Of a stretch of 64,000 bases of DNA, positions 30,931-40,653 are shown piece after piece. Source of the DNA: an uncultured bacterium (GTDB lineage: Bacteria; Krumholzibacteriota; Krumholzibacteriia; JACNKJ01); assembly GCA_963695095.1 (NCBI GenBank), contig CAVOFT010000001.1, forward strand, positions 1,216,001 to 1,280,000. The letters are read 5' to 3'. Both the position numbers and the translations under genes were made by a program. The notes below the pieces were generated by a model. It did not search any database and had not been told where the DNA came from. It was given only the letters and a program-made list of their open reading frames with translations. Position 1 is the first letter of the stretch. Each line of letters opens with the position of its first letter.

Positions 30931-33900
30931 GTTCCCGCAGGGCGCCGTCCCCAGCGCCACGATCGGCTGCTGGCAGCCGCCGACCGCGCCCCGTTCCGGG
31001 CTGCTGGCTGCGCTCAAGGCGGGGCCCTTTTCCCGCGTCGACGGAGGCCGGCCGGGTACGGCCGAGCTCATCGCCCGCCTGCGCCGGGAGCGCCTGGAGC
31101 GCCCGGCCATCTTCGTCGGCGCCGGCACCTGCGGCCTCGGCGCGGGCGCCGAGAAGACCATTGGCGCCATCCAGACCTGGCTGGCCGAGACGGGCCAGGC
31201 GGCGGACCTGGTCCGCGTGGGCTGTATCGGCCTCTGCTCGGAGGAGCCCATCGTCGACATCCAGCTGCCGGGGCGCGCGCGCGTCAGCTTCGGCCCCGTC
31301 ATGGCCGACGGCGTTCCCGCCCTGCTCGACGCGGTGATCGCGCAGGGCAGGATCCCGACCGCTGGCCGGCTGGGGCAGTTCGAGGCCGCAGGCCTCGCGC
31401 CCTGGGCGGAGGTGCCCCGCCTGGCCGACCACCCCTTCCTGCGCCTGCAGAAACGCTGGGTGCTGGCCGGCAGCGGCATCATCGAGCCCGACAACATCGA
31501 CGAGTACATCGCGCGCGGCGGCTACTCGGCGGCCTACACGACGCTGCGCGAGCTCGATCCGGATACGGTCTGCGACATCGTCGAGCGCAGCGGCCTGCGC
31601 GGCCGCGGTGGCGGCGGCTTTCCGACCGGCCGCAAGTGGAAGCTGGCCCGCGCCGCCGGCGGCGAGCACAAGTACCTGATCTGCAACGCGGACGAAGGCG
31701 ATCCAGGCGCTTTCATGGACCGGGCGGTCTGCGAGAGCGACCCACACCGCCTGCTCGAGGGCATTCTCATCGCGGCCTATGGGATCGGCGCCGAGGAGGC
31801 GGTCATCTACATTCGCGCCGAGTACCCTCTGGCCGTGCAGCGCCTGCGCGACGCGATCGCCCGGGCTGAGGTCTATGGCCTCCTCGGTGAGCGCATCCTC
31901 GGCAGCGACTACTCGCTCAAGGTCAAGATCAAGATGGGCGCCGGCGCCTTCGTCTGCGGCGAGGAGACAGCTCTCATCCACAGCATCGAGGGCAAGCGGG
32001 GCATGCCGCGCCCCCGCCCGCCCTATCCCGCGGCGCAGGGCCTCTTCGGCCGGCCGACGATCATCAACAACGTGGAGACGCTGGCGAACCTGTCGACGGT
32101 GATGAGCTTGGGTTGGGAGGGCTTCAGCGCCGTGGGCACCGAAGGCAGCAAGGGCACCAAGGTCTACGCGCTCTCGGGCATGGTCGCGCGCACCGGCCTG
32201 GTCGAGGTGCCGATGGGGACCCCGATCCGCGACGTCGTCTTCACGGTGGGCGGCGGCGTGCCCGGCGGCCGACGCTGCAAGGCCGTGCAGATCGGCGGGC
32301 CCTCCGGCGGCTGCATTCCCGAGGCGCACCTGGACCTGCCCACGGACTACGAAGCGCTCAAGAAGTTCGGCGCCATCATGGGTTCAGGCGGCCTGGTTGT
32401 CATGGACGAGAACACCTGCATGGTAGACCTCGCCAAGTACTTCATGGAATTCATCCAGAGCGAGAGCTGCGGCAAGTGCATCCCATGTCGCGAGGGCACG
32501 CGGCGCATGCTGGAGATCCTGCAAGCGATCACGCGGTCCTACCAGCGCGAGAGCGAGAACGAGGCTCTGCTGCGCTTCCAGGGCATCATGCAGCTGCAGC
32601 AGCTCGCCCGCGTGATCAAGGATGCGTCGCTGTGCGGACTCGGCCAGACGGCGCCCAACCCCGTGCTCAGTACCCTGCGCTGGTTCCGCGACGAGTACGA
32701 GGCGCACATCTACGAGCGGCGCTGCCCGGCCGGCTCATGCCGCGATCTCGTCGGTGCCCCCTGCCAGACAGGCTGCCCGGTGGGCACGGAGGTCTGGCGC
32801 TACGTGGCGCACGTCGCCCGCGGCGAGAACGAGGAGGCCTACCGCGTCATCCGGCGGGCGAACCCTTTCCCCTCGGTCTGCGCGCGGGTCTGCCACCATC
32901 CCTGCGAGGCGGTCTGCCGCGCGGGGACCACGGGCGGCGACCCCGTCGCCGTGCGGACGCTGAAGCGCTACGTCGTCGAGCGCGTCGATCCGCGCGCCTA
33001 CACGGCGTCGGTCAAGCCGGCCGCCACGGACGCGCCGCACATCGCCGTGATCGGTGCCGGGCCGGCGGGCCTGACGGCGGCCCACCTGCTCAGCGCCCAG
33101 GGGATGCGGGTGACGATATTCGAGCAGGAGAAGCGGCTAGGCGGCATGCTGACCAGCGCCATCCCGGCCTACCGCCTGCCGCGGGACATCCTGGACCGCG
33201 AAATCGAGGCGCTCCTCAACGAGAACATCGCGCTGCGCCTGGACAGCGCCCTCGGCCGTGACTTCACGGTCGACGGCCTGCTGGCGGAGGGATTCAAGGC
33301 GGTCTACCTGGCCATTGGCGCCCACCAGAGCCTCAGCCTGGGTGTGCCCGGCGAGGACGTGGCGGGCGTGGTGCCCGGCATCCGCTTTCTGAAGGCCTAC
33401 AACCTGGACGGGATGTGCATGGCCAAGGGGCGGGTGGGAGTGATCGGCGGCGGCAATTCCGCCATCGACGCCGCTCGCGCCGCGCGGCGCATGCCCGAGG
33501 TCACTGCGGTGACCGTCTTCTACCGCCGCAGCCGCGAGGAGATGCCCGCCTACGCCGAGGAGATCGAGGCGGCGCTGGCCGAGGGCGTGGCCATCGAGCC
33601 GCTGACGGCGCCGGAGTCGGTGCTGTCCGCCGAGGGGCAGCTGACCGGCATGCGCTTTCTGCACACGGTGCTCGGCGAGCCGGATGCCAGCGGCCGCCGG
33701 CGCCCGGAGCCGGTGCTCGGCTCGGAGTTCGACGTGGCCCTCGACACCGTCATCGTCGCGATCAGCGAGCGGCCGGCCGTGGCCGCGCTCGCCGGTCTCG
33801 AGATGACGCGCTGGGGGGCGCCGCACATCAACGAGGAGTCCGGTGCCACCAGCCGCGCGGGCGTCTTCGCCGGCGGCGACGTGACCACGGGGCCAGGCAC

Positions 33901-34192
33901 GGTGATCGGCGCCATCGCTGCCGGCAAGCGCGCGGCCTTGATGATCGGCCGCTACGTGCAGGGCAAGCAGCTGCGCGTACTGCCGCGCATCGCGCTGCCC
34001 GACGTCTACCTGGCGCCGGTCGGCGAGGGCGATGAGACCGAGAGCGGCGAGCGCGTGCACGCGCCGCTGGCGCCGGTCGCCGCGCGCGTCTGCGGATTCG
34101 GCGAGGTCGAGCTGTGCATCGACGACGCCCAGGCCCATCGCGAAGCCAGGCGCTGCCTGCGTTGCGATCTCGAATTCACCCAGCCCAAGTGA
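30923..34192 (+). CDS. hydB: NuoF-like flavoprotein (HydB/HndC) fused to a C-terminal GltD-like FAD/NAD(P)H domain
   Basis: Thioredoxin-like 2Fe-2S N-terminus, GLRGRGGGGF, NADEGDPGAFMDR, GEETAL and ESCGKCIPCREG; then CQTGCP, CARVCHHPCE, GAGPAG, GGGNSAID, YRRS and RCLRC. Confidence 0.9.
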   Translation: MSKFPQGAVPSATIGCWQPPTAPRSGLLAALKAGPFSRVDGGRPGTAELIARLRRERLERPAIFVGAGTCGLGAGAEKTIGAIQTWLAETGQAADLVRVGCIGLCSEEPIVDIQLPGRARVSFGPVMADGVPALLDAVIAQGRIPTAGRLGQFEAAGLAPWAEVPRLADHPFLRLQKRWVLAGSGIIEPDNIDEYIARGGYSAAYTTLRELDPDTVCDIVERSGLRGRGGGGFPTGRKWKLARAAGGEHKYLICNADEGDPGAFMDRAVCESDPHRLLEGILIAAYGIGAEEAVIYIRAEYPLAVQRLRDAIARAEVYGLLGERILGSDYSLKVKIKMGAGAFVCGEETALIHSIEGKRGMPRPRPPYPAAQGLFGRPTIINNVETLANLSTVMSLGWEGFSAVGTEGSKGTKVYALSGMVARTGLVEVPMGTPIRDVVFTVGGGVPGGRRCKAVQIGGPSGGCIPEAHLDLPTDYEALKKFGAIMGSGGLVVMDENTCMVDLAKYFMEFIQSESCGKCIPCREGTRRMLEILQAITRSYQRESENEALLRFQGIMQLQQLARVIKDASLCGLGQTAPNPVLSTLRWFRDEYEAHIYERRCPAGSCRDLVGAPCQTGCPVGTEVWRYVAHVARGENEEAYRVIRRANPFPSVCARVCHHPCEAVCRAGTTGGDPVAVRTLKRYVVERVDPRAYTASVKPAATDAPHIAVIGAGPAGLTAAHLLSAQGMRVTIFEQEKRLGGMLTSAIPAYRLPRDILDREIEALLNENIALRLDSALGRDFTVDGLLAEGFKAVYLAIGAHQSLSLGVPGEDVAGVVPGIRFLKAYNLDGMCMAKGRVGVIGGGNSAIDAARAARRMPEVTAVTVFYRRSREEMPAYAEEIEAALAEGVAIEPLTAPESVLSAEGQLTGMRFLHTVLGEPDASGRRRPEPVLGSEFDVALDTVIVAISERPAVAALAGLEMTRWGAPHINEESGATSRAGVFAGGDVTTGPGTVIGAIAAGKRAALMIGRYVQGKQLRVLPRIALPDVYLAPVGEGDETESGERVHAPLAPVAARVCGFGEVELCIDDAQAHREARRCLRCDLEFTQPK

Positions 34193-34223
34193 GCCAAGGC
34201 CCGATCTTCTGCGAGGTGTGATC

Positions 34224-35948
34224 ATGGTGACGATCGAAGTGAATGGCGACAGGATGGAGGCCACCCCGGGCGAGACCATCCTCTCGGCCCTGGCGCGGGC
34301 TGGCGTCTCGGTGCCGACGCTCTGCCACGTCGAGGGACTCAGCCCCACGGGGGCTTGTCGGGTGTGCGTCGTCGAAGTGGAGGGCATGGCTGGCCTGGTG
34401 CCGTCCTGCTCCTACCCCGTGGCCGAGGGCATGCGCATCAAGACGCATTCCTCGCGGGCTCTGGAGGCGCGGCGGACGATCATGCAGCTCCTGCTCGCCA
34501 ACCACCCTGACGATTGTCTCTACTGCGTGCGCGGCGGCAACTGCGAGCTGCAGCAGCTCGCCCGCGAGCTGGGGGTGGATCAGCGCCTCTATCGCGGGCA
34601 GCGTTCGCACCACGAAGCGGACGTCTCCGGGCCCAGCATCATCCGGGACCCGGACAAGTGCATCCTCTGCGGCAAATGCATCCGGATCTGCGAGGAGGTG
34701 CAGGGCGTCTCGGCAATCGATTTTCTGCGCCGCGGCAGCAGCACTTTCGTTGGCACCGCCTTCGACCGCGGCCTCGCCAACTCGGTCTGCGTCAACTGCG
34801 GCCAGTGCATCAACGTCTGCCCAACCGGGGCGCTGCGCGAGTACTCCTACATCGCCGAGGTCGAGGCGGCCCTGCGCGATCCCCAGCGGCTGGTGGTCGT
34901 GCAGCATGCGCCGGCGGTCTCGGTAAGCCTGGCGGAGGAGTTCGGCATGAAGCCCGGTACCGACGTCGACGGCGTCATGGTCGCCGCCCTGCGCCGGATC
35001 GGCTTCGACCGCGTCTTCGACACCTCCTTCACGGCCGACCTCACCATCATGGAGGAGGCTTCCGAACTCGCGCATCGCGTTGCCGCGGGCGGCGTGCTGC
35101 CGATGTTCACGAGCTGCTCGCCTGGCTGGATCTCCTTCCTCGAGGAGTTCTATCCGGAGTTCATACCCAATCTCTCGAGCTGCAAGAGCCCGCAGCAGAT
35201 GATGGGAGCTCTCGTCAAGTCGTTCTACGCCGAGCGGATGGCGGTGGAGGCAGCCTCGATCACGAGCGTCTCGATCATGCCTTGCACGGCCAAGAAGTAC
35301 GAGGCCAAGCGCGAGGAGATGAGTCGCGACTTCCTGCCCGACGTGGACTACGTCCTCACCACCCGCGAGCTGGGCCGGCTCATCCGCCGGCACGGCATCG
35401 ATCTGCACGCTCTCAAGCCCGAGGAGGCGGACACTCCCTTCGGCGAGCGCACAGGCGCCGGCAAGATCTTCGGCGCCAGTGGCGGCGTCATGGAGGCCGC
35501 CGTGCGCACGGCCCACTGGCTGCTGACCGGCAAGGACATGAAGGATCCCGTCGTCTGGCCCCTGCGCGGATTGGAAGGCGCGAAATCCCTGCACGTCAAG
35601 GTCGGCGACCTGGACGTGGGGGCGGCGGTCGTCAACGGGCTGGGCAATGCGCGCAAGCTGCTCGACGAGCTGAAGGCGGGCAAGCACCCGGACCTGCACT
35701 TCATCGAGTTCATGTGCTGCCCGGGTGGCTGCATCGGTGGCGGCGGGCAGCCCCTAGGCACCGATCGGGCGCGGTTGACCGCGCGCATGCAGTCACTCTA
35801 TCAGATCGACTCCGACGAGTCCAAGCGCGCTAGCCACTACAATGCGCAGGTGCAGCGGCTGTACGACGAGTATCTGGGTAAGCCGCTGGGTGAGAAGAGC
35901 CATCAGCTCCTCCACACCAAGTATCGCCGTCGCGAGATCCTGCTCTAG
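34224..35948 (+). CDS. hydA: [FeFe]-hydrogenase catalytic subunit, group A multimeric type
   Basis: 2Fe-2S, His-ligated 4Fe-4S (HPDDCLYC) and 2x4Fe-4S; H-cluster motifs TSCSPGW, MPCTAKKYE and EFMCCPGGCIGGGGQP. Confidence 0.95.
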   Translation: MVTIEVNGDRMEATPGETILSALARAGVSVPTLCHVEGLSPTGACRVCVVEVEGMAGLVPSCSYPVAEGMRIKTHSSRALEARRTIMQLLLANHPDDCLYCVRGGNCELQQLARELGVDQRLYRGQRSHHEADVSGPSIIRDPDKCILCGKCIRICEEVQGVSAIDFLRRGSSTFVGTAFDRGLANSVCVNCGQCINVCPTGALREYSYIAEVEAALRDPQRLVVVQHAPAVSVSLAEEFGMKPGTDVDGVMVAALRRIGFDRVFDTSFTADLTIMEEASELAHRVAAGGVLPMFTSCSPGWISFLEEFYPEFIPNLSSCKSPQQMMGALVKSFYAERMAVEAASITSVSIMPCTAKKYEAKREEMSRDFLPDVDYVLTTRELGRLIRRHGIDLHALKPEEADTPFGERTGAGKIFGASGGVMEAAVRTAHWLLTGKDMKDPVVWPLRGLEGAKSLHVKVGDLDVGAAVVNGLGNARKLLDELKAGKHPDLHFIEFMCCPGGCIGGGGQPLGTDRARLTARMQSLYQIDSDESKRASHYNAQVQRLYDEYLGKPLGEKSHQLLHTKYRRREILL

Positions 35949-35957
35949 GAGGTCGGC

Positions 35958-37985
35958 ATGCGCGCATCGGTGCTGCTGCCCCTGGTGACCACGAACGCGG
36001 ACCGCTGCCGGCTTTGCTACACCTGTGTACGCGAGTGTCCTTCACACGCCATCCGCATCAGCAACGGACGGGCCGAGGTGCTCCGGGAGCGCTGCATCGG
36101 CTGCGGCAATTGCGTGCGTGTCTGCAGCCAGGGCGCCAAGCAGGTGCGAGACGACATCCCGAAGGTGCAGGCCCTGCTGGACAGTCCCGTGCCCGTGGCG
36201 GCCTTGGTCGCACCCAGCTTCGCGGCCGAATTCGCCGAGCTGGATCTGGCCTATTTCATCGGCATGCTGCGGGCGATCGGCTTCCGGTGGGTGGTGGAAG
36301 TGGCGTTCGGCGCCGATCTCGTCGCCGATCGCTACCGGCGCCTGCGGGATGCCGAGCCCGGCAGCCGCAACATCGCGACCACCTGCCCCGCGCTGGTCTC
36401 CTATGTCGAGAAGTACCACCCGGAGCTGATCGGCAACCTGGCGCCGATCGTCTCACCGATGGTGGCCACCGCCCGCGCGCTCTCGCGCATCTACGAAGAA
36501 CCGCTGCGCAAGGTCTTCATCGGCCCCTGCATCGCCAAGAAGCGCGAAATCGAAACACCCGCGCTGGCGAAAGATGTAGATGCCGTGCTCACTTTCAGCG
36601 AACTCCGCGACATGTTCCACTACGCGGGCGTGAAGCCGGAATCCGCCCTGCCCATGCGATTCGACCCGCCCTATGCGGGCCTCGGCGCCCTATTCGCGAT
36701 CAGCCGTGGCTTGCTCAAGGCGGCTGACCTGGAGGAGGACTTGCTCGCCGGGGACATCGTCGTCGCCGACGGCAAGCAGAGCTTCCCGGAAGCCCTGCGC
36801 GAGTTCGAACTGGGGTCGCTCGACTCGCAGCTCCTGGAGATCCTCTGCTGCAACGGCTGCATCATGGGCTCCGGCATGACCAGCAACGCCCCGCTCTTCC
36901 GCCGGCGGGCCGCCGTCAGCCGCTACGCGCGCGAGCGTCTGGGCGAACTGAACATCGGCCGCTGGCAGTTGGCAATGCGCGAGATGGAGGGCCTGCCGCT
37001 TGCCCGAGAATATACCGAAGACGACCTGCGCGTGCCGATGCCGTCGGAGAGCACGCTCAAAGTGCTGCTCGAGGAGATGGGCAAGCCGACGCCGGCGGAT
37101 GAACTCAATTGCGGCGCCTGCGGCTACAACACCTGCCGGGAGCATGCCACCGCGGTCTTCCTGGGGTTGGCCGAATCGGCAATGTGCCTACCGCACACCA
37201 TCGAGCGGCTGCGGGTAACCGTGCACGAGCTGGCGGAATCGCACCAGCAGCTCACGGACGCCCAGCAGGCGCTGATGCAATCGGAGCGGCTGGCCAGCAT
37301 GGGCCAGCTTGCCGCCGGCATCGCCCACGAGGTCAACAACCCGCTCGGGGTCGTGCTGCTCTATGCGCACATGCTGATGGACTCCCTGGATCCGGCCTCT
37401 GAGCTGCACGCCGACATGCAGACGATCGTCGAGGAGGCGGATCGCTGCAAGACGATCGTCTCCGGGCTGCTCAACTTCGCGCGCAAGAATCGCGTCACGC
37501 TGCGCTCCTGCGATCTCACCCAGCTCGTGGACCACTTCCTCAGCGTCGTGCAGCCGCCGCCGGGGATGAACCTGCGCTGCCAGCACGCTGTGCGACCCTT
37601 GCCGGCGGAGGTCGATGCCGACCAGCTCACGCAGGTGCTCACGAATCTCGTCAACAACGCGATCGCCGCCATGCCGGATGGCGGCACGCTTACCGTGGGC
37701 ACGCACGGGGACGCCGACGAGGTTTGCCTGGTCGTCGCCGACAGCGGCACCGGCATTCCCGAGGAGCACCGCAGCAAGATCTTCGAGCCCTTCTTCACGA
37801 CGAAACAGATGGGCATGGGCACCGGCCTCGGCCTGGCGGTGACCTACGGCATCATCAAGATGCACCGCGGCCGCATCGACGTGCGCTCGAACACGGATGC
37901 CGCCGCGGGCCCGACCGGAAGCATCTTCACCATCAGTCTGCCCCGGCGGGGGCAGGACGAGGAAACCATGAGCGAGGCAATATGA
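35958..37985 (+). CDS. Putative sensory [FeFe]-hydrogenase (group C-like) fused to a histidine kinase
   Basis: 2x4Fe-4S; divergent H-cluster motifs [14 protein letters not shown] and [22 protein letters not shown]e-S domain; [14 protein letters not shown] and GTGLGL kinase motifs. Confidence 0.88.
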   Translation: MRASVLLPLVTTNADRCRLCYTCVRECPSHAIRISNGRAEVLRERCIGCGNCVRVCSQGAKQVRDDIPKVQALLDSPVPVAALVAPSFAAEFAELDLAYFIGMLRAIGFRWVVEVAFGADLVADRYRRLRDAEPGSRNIATTCPALVSYVEKYHPELIGNLAPIVSPMVATARALSRIYEEPLRKVFIGPCIAKKREIETPALAKDVDAVLTFSELRDMFHYAGVKPESALPMRFDPPYAGLGALFAISRGLLKAADLEEDLLAGDIVVADGKQSFPEALREFELGSLDSQLLEILCCNGCIMGSGMTSNAPLFRRRAAVSRYARERLGELNIGRWQLAMREMEGLPLAREYTEDDLRVPMPSESTLKVLLEEMGKPTPADELNCGACGYNTCREHATAVFLGLAESAMCLPHTIERLRVTVHELAESHQQLTDAQQALMQSERLASMGQLAAGIAHEVNNPLGVVLLYAHMLMDSLDPASELHADMQTIVEEADRCKTIVSGLLNFARKNRVTLRSCDLTQLVDHFLSVVQPPPGMNLRCQHAVRPLPAEVDADQLTQVLTNLVNNAIAAMPDGGTLTVGTHGDADEVCLVVADSGTGIPEEHRSKIFEPFFTTKQMGMGTGLGLAVTYGIIKMHRGRIDVRSNTDAAAGPTGSIFTISLPRRGQDEETMSEAI

Positions 37986-38380
37986 TGAGCGCATCGCGAC
38001 GAATCCTGGTTGCGGACGACGACCCCGACGCCCTGCAGCAGGTGCAGGCCATGCTGGACAGCGAGGGTTACGAGCTGGTGCTGGCCCAGGGGCAGAACGA
38101 GGCCGAGGAGGCCCTGATGGGCGCCCGACCGGATCTGGCGATCTTCGACCTCATGATGGAGCGCAAGGACTCGGGTTTCGTGCTCTGCCACGAGACCAAG
38201 CGACTCTACCCGGAAACACCGGTGATCCTGCTGACAGCGGTCACGGCGGCCACGGGCCTTGATTTCGACCTCGCCGAGCCGGAGGCGCAGGCCTGGACCA
38301 AAGCCGACCTGCTGCTGGACAAGCCGGTGCGGGCCGAGCGGCTGCGCGCAGAAGTGCGGCGGCTGCTCGTGCAGGCCTAG
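37982..38380 (+). CDS. Single-domain response regulator receiver
   Basis: ILVADDD, DLMME phospho-Asp and KP motifs. Confidence 0.88.
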   Translation: MMSASRRILVADDDPDALQQVQAMLDSEGYELVLAQGQNEAEEALMGARPDLAIFDLMMERKDSGFVLCHETKRLYPETPVILLTAVTAATGLDFDLAEPEAQAWTKADLLLDKPVRAERLRAEVRRLLVQA

Positions 38381-38383
38381 GCC

Positions 38384-39553
38384 ATGGAACACCTGCGGGT
38401 GCTGGTCGTCGACGATGAACCGCGGATGCGCATGGGCATCCTGCGTGCGCTGCGCGGTCACGTCAGCGTCATGCCCGATCTGGACGGCGAGGTCGACTAC
38501 GTGGTCGTCGAAGCGGATTCCGGTGAAGCGGCGCTGGCCTGCATCGGCGAAGCCGAGCCGGACATCATGCTTCTGGACCACAAGCTGCCTGGCATCCAGG
38601 GCCTCGAGCTGCTTGACAAGCTGACCCGCGAGGGCCCTCGCCTGCTGACGGTGATGATCACCGCCTATGCGTCGATCGAGACGGCGGTGACGGCCACGAA
38701 GCGCGGCGCCTACGATTTTCTCGCCAAGCCCTTCACGCCGGCCGAGCTCGGCGCCACGATCGACAAGGCGGCCCGCCACGTGCTGCTCGACCGCCGGGCC
38801 CGCAAGCTGGCGCTGGAGCGCCGCCAGGCCCGCTTCCAGCTGATCTCGGTGGTGGCGCACGAACTCAAGTCTCCCCTGGCCGCCATCGAGGGTTACCTGC
38901 AGCTCCTGCAGGACCCCGCCACCGGCGAGAACGCCGAAACACGCGGGCACATGCTCGATCGCAGCGTGTTGCGCCTGCAGGGGATGCGCAAGCTCATCTT
39001 CGATCTGCTGGATCTGACCCGCATCGAATCCGGGCAGAAGAAGCGCGAGCTGGCTCCCATCGATCTCGGCGAGCTGGCGGCGCAGGCGCTGGCCGGCGTG
39101 CGCAGCGAAGCCGAGCCGCGGCGCATCGCGCTGCGCCTGGCGACCACGGGGGATCTGCAGATGCAGGGCGACCGCGGCGAGCTGGAGATTATCCTGAACA
39201 ACCTCGTCTCGAATGCGGTCAAGTACAACCGCGACGGTGGCGAGGTGGAGGTCACGCTGCAGGGGGATGCCGAGCGGCTCACGATTGCCGTACGCGACAC
39301 GGGCATTGGCATCAGCGAAGACGAGCAGGCCAAGCTCTTCGGCGAGTTCAGCCGCATCAAGAACGCGCAGACGCGCAATATCCTGGGCAGCGGTCTGGGG
39401 CTCAGCATCGTGCGCCGGCTGGCGCGCCTCAGTGGAGGTGACGCGGGTGTGGTCAGTGCGCCTGGCGTCGGCAGCACGTTCACGGTGACGCTCGCCCGCT
39501 GCGGCAGCGACGAGATGCCGCCGGCCGCGGTCGACGTGGGGTTCGAGACATGA
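38384..39553 (+). CDS. Hybrid receiver-histidine kinase
   Basis: VLVVDDE...LLDHKLP...KPF receiver; AHELKSPL, NAVKY, DTGIG and GSGLGL. Confidence 0.9.
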   Translation: MEHLRVLVVDDEPRMRMGILRALRGHVSVMPDLDGEVDYVVVEADSGEAALACIGEAEPDIMLLDHKLPGIQGLELLDKLTREGPRLLTVMITAYASIETAVTATKRGAYDFLAKPFTPAELGATIDKAARHVLLDRRARKLALERRQARFQLISVVAHELKSPLAAIEGYLQLLQDPATGENAETRGHMLDRSVLRLQGMRKLIFDLLDLTRIESGQKKRELAPIDLGELAAQALAGVRSEAEPRRIALRLATTGDLQMQGDRGELEIILNNLVSNAVKYNRDGGEVEVTLQGDAERLTIAVRDTGIGISEDEQAKLFGEFSRIKNAQTRNILGSGLGLSIVRRLARLSGGDAGVVSAPGVGSTFTVTLARCGSDEMPPAAVDVGFET

Positions 39554-40653
39554 CGACCGCGGCCGGCCGCCGCCCCAGCCGCGGCGAGATCCTGGACTGG
39601 CTGCACGAAACGGATCACGAGCGCTTGAAGGGGCTCTGGCAGGCCGCCGACAGCCTGCGCCGCCGCCAGGTGGGGGAGGCGATCTGGCTGCGCGGGCTGA
39701 TCGAGATCGCCAATCGCTGCGTGCGCAACTGCGCCTACTGCGGCATCCGAGCCGGCAACCACGCGCTCAGGCGCTATCGCATGACCGGGGCGGAGATCCT
39801 GGCCTGCGCGCGACTGGCCCAGGCTCAGGAGCTGGGTACCGTCGTCCTCCAGTCCGGGGAGGATCCCGGGCTGTCGGCGCCGTGGCTGGCCTCCGTGGTG
39901 CGGGCGATCCGGGCCGAGACCGGGCTCGTCGTCACCCTCAGTCTCGGCGATCGGGACGACGCGGCCTTCGCGCTCTGGCGCGAGGCAGGCGCGGCGCGTT
40001 ATCTCCTCCGCTTCGAGACGGCCAATCCCGAGCTCTACGCCCAGCTCCACCCCGGAGCGCCGCCGCTCGCGGATCGACTCTCGCGGCTGGAGCGCTTGCG
40101 GGCCCTCGGCTACCAGATGGGCACGGGTTTCCTGGTCGGCGTACCTGGGCAAACCTACGCCGATCTGGCCGACGATCTCGAGCTGCTGGCGGACCTCGCC
40201 CCCGACATGATCGGCCTCGGCCCCTGGCTGCCCCACCCGGCAACGCCTCTGGGGCAGGCCGCCGACGCCGCGCGGGGCGCGGTGCCGCGGGCCGAGCAAG
40301 TGCCGGGAACAGCCCTGATGGCCTGCAAGGCCCTGGCGCTGGCGCGGCTGCTCTGCCCGGGGACGAACATCCCCAGCACCACGGCCCTGTCGGTGGCCGA
40401 CCCGGCGGCAGGACGCAGCGATGGGTTGACGCGCGGCGCCAACGTCGTCATGCCCAACCTGACGCCGCGGCGTTACCGGCGGCTCTACGAGATCTATCCG
40501 GGCAAGGGGCTGCCGGGTCCCGAGTCCGGCGAGCAACTGGCGCGATTGCGGCGACAACTCGTCGCCCTCGATCGCGCGATCGGCAGCGGGCCGGGCGATC
40601 CCCCGATCTGCGCCGAGCGGCAGCGGCCTGGCCGGCCGAGGAGCGAATCATGA
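39550..40653 (+). CDS. hydE: [FeFe]-hydrogenase H-cluster radical SAM maturase HydE
   Basis: CVRNCAYC, LQSGED and GANVVMPNLTP...YEIYPGK. Confidence 0.93.
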   Translation: MTTAAGRRPSRGEILDWLHETDHERLKGLWQAADSLRRRQVGEAIWLRGLIEIANRCVRNCAYCGIRAGNHALRRYRMTGAEILACARLAQAQELGTVVLQSGEDPGLSAPWLASVVRAIRAETGLVVTLSLGDRDDAAFALWREAGAARYLLRFETANPELYAQLHPGAPPLADRLSRLERLRALGYQMGTGFLVGVPGQTYADLADDLELLADLAPDMIGLGPWLPHPATPLGQAADAARGAVPRAEQVPGTALMACKALALARLLCPGTNIPSTTALSVADPAAGRSDGLTRGANVVMPNLTPRRYRRLYEIYPGKGLPGPESGEQLARLRRQLVALDRAIGSGPGDPPICAERQRPGRPRSES

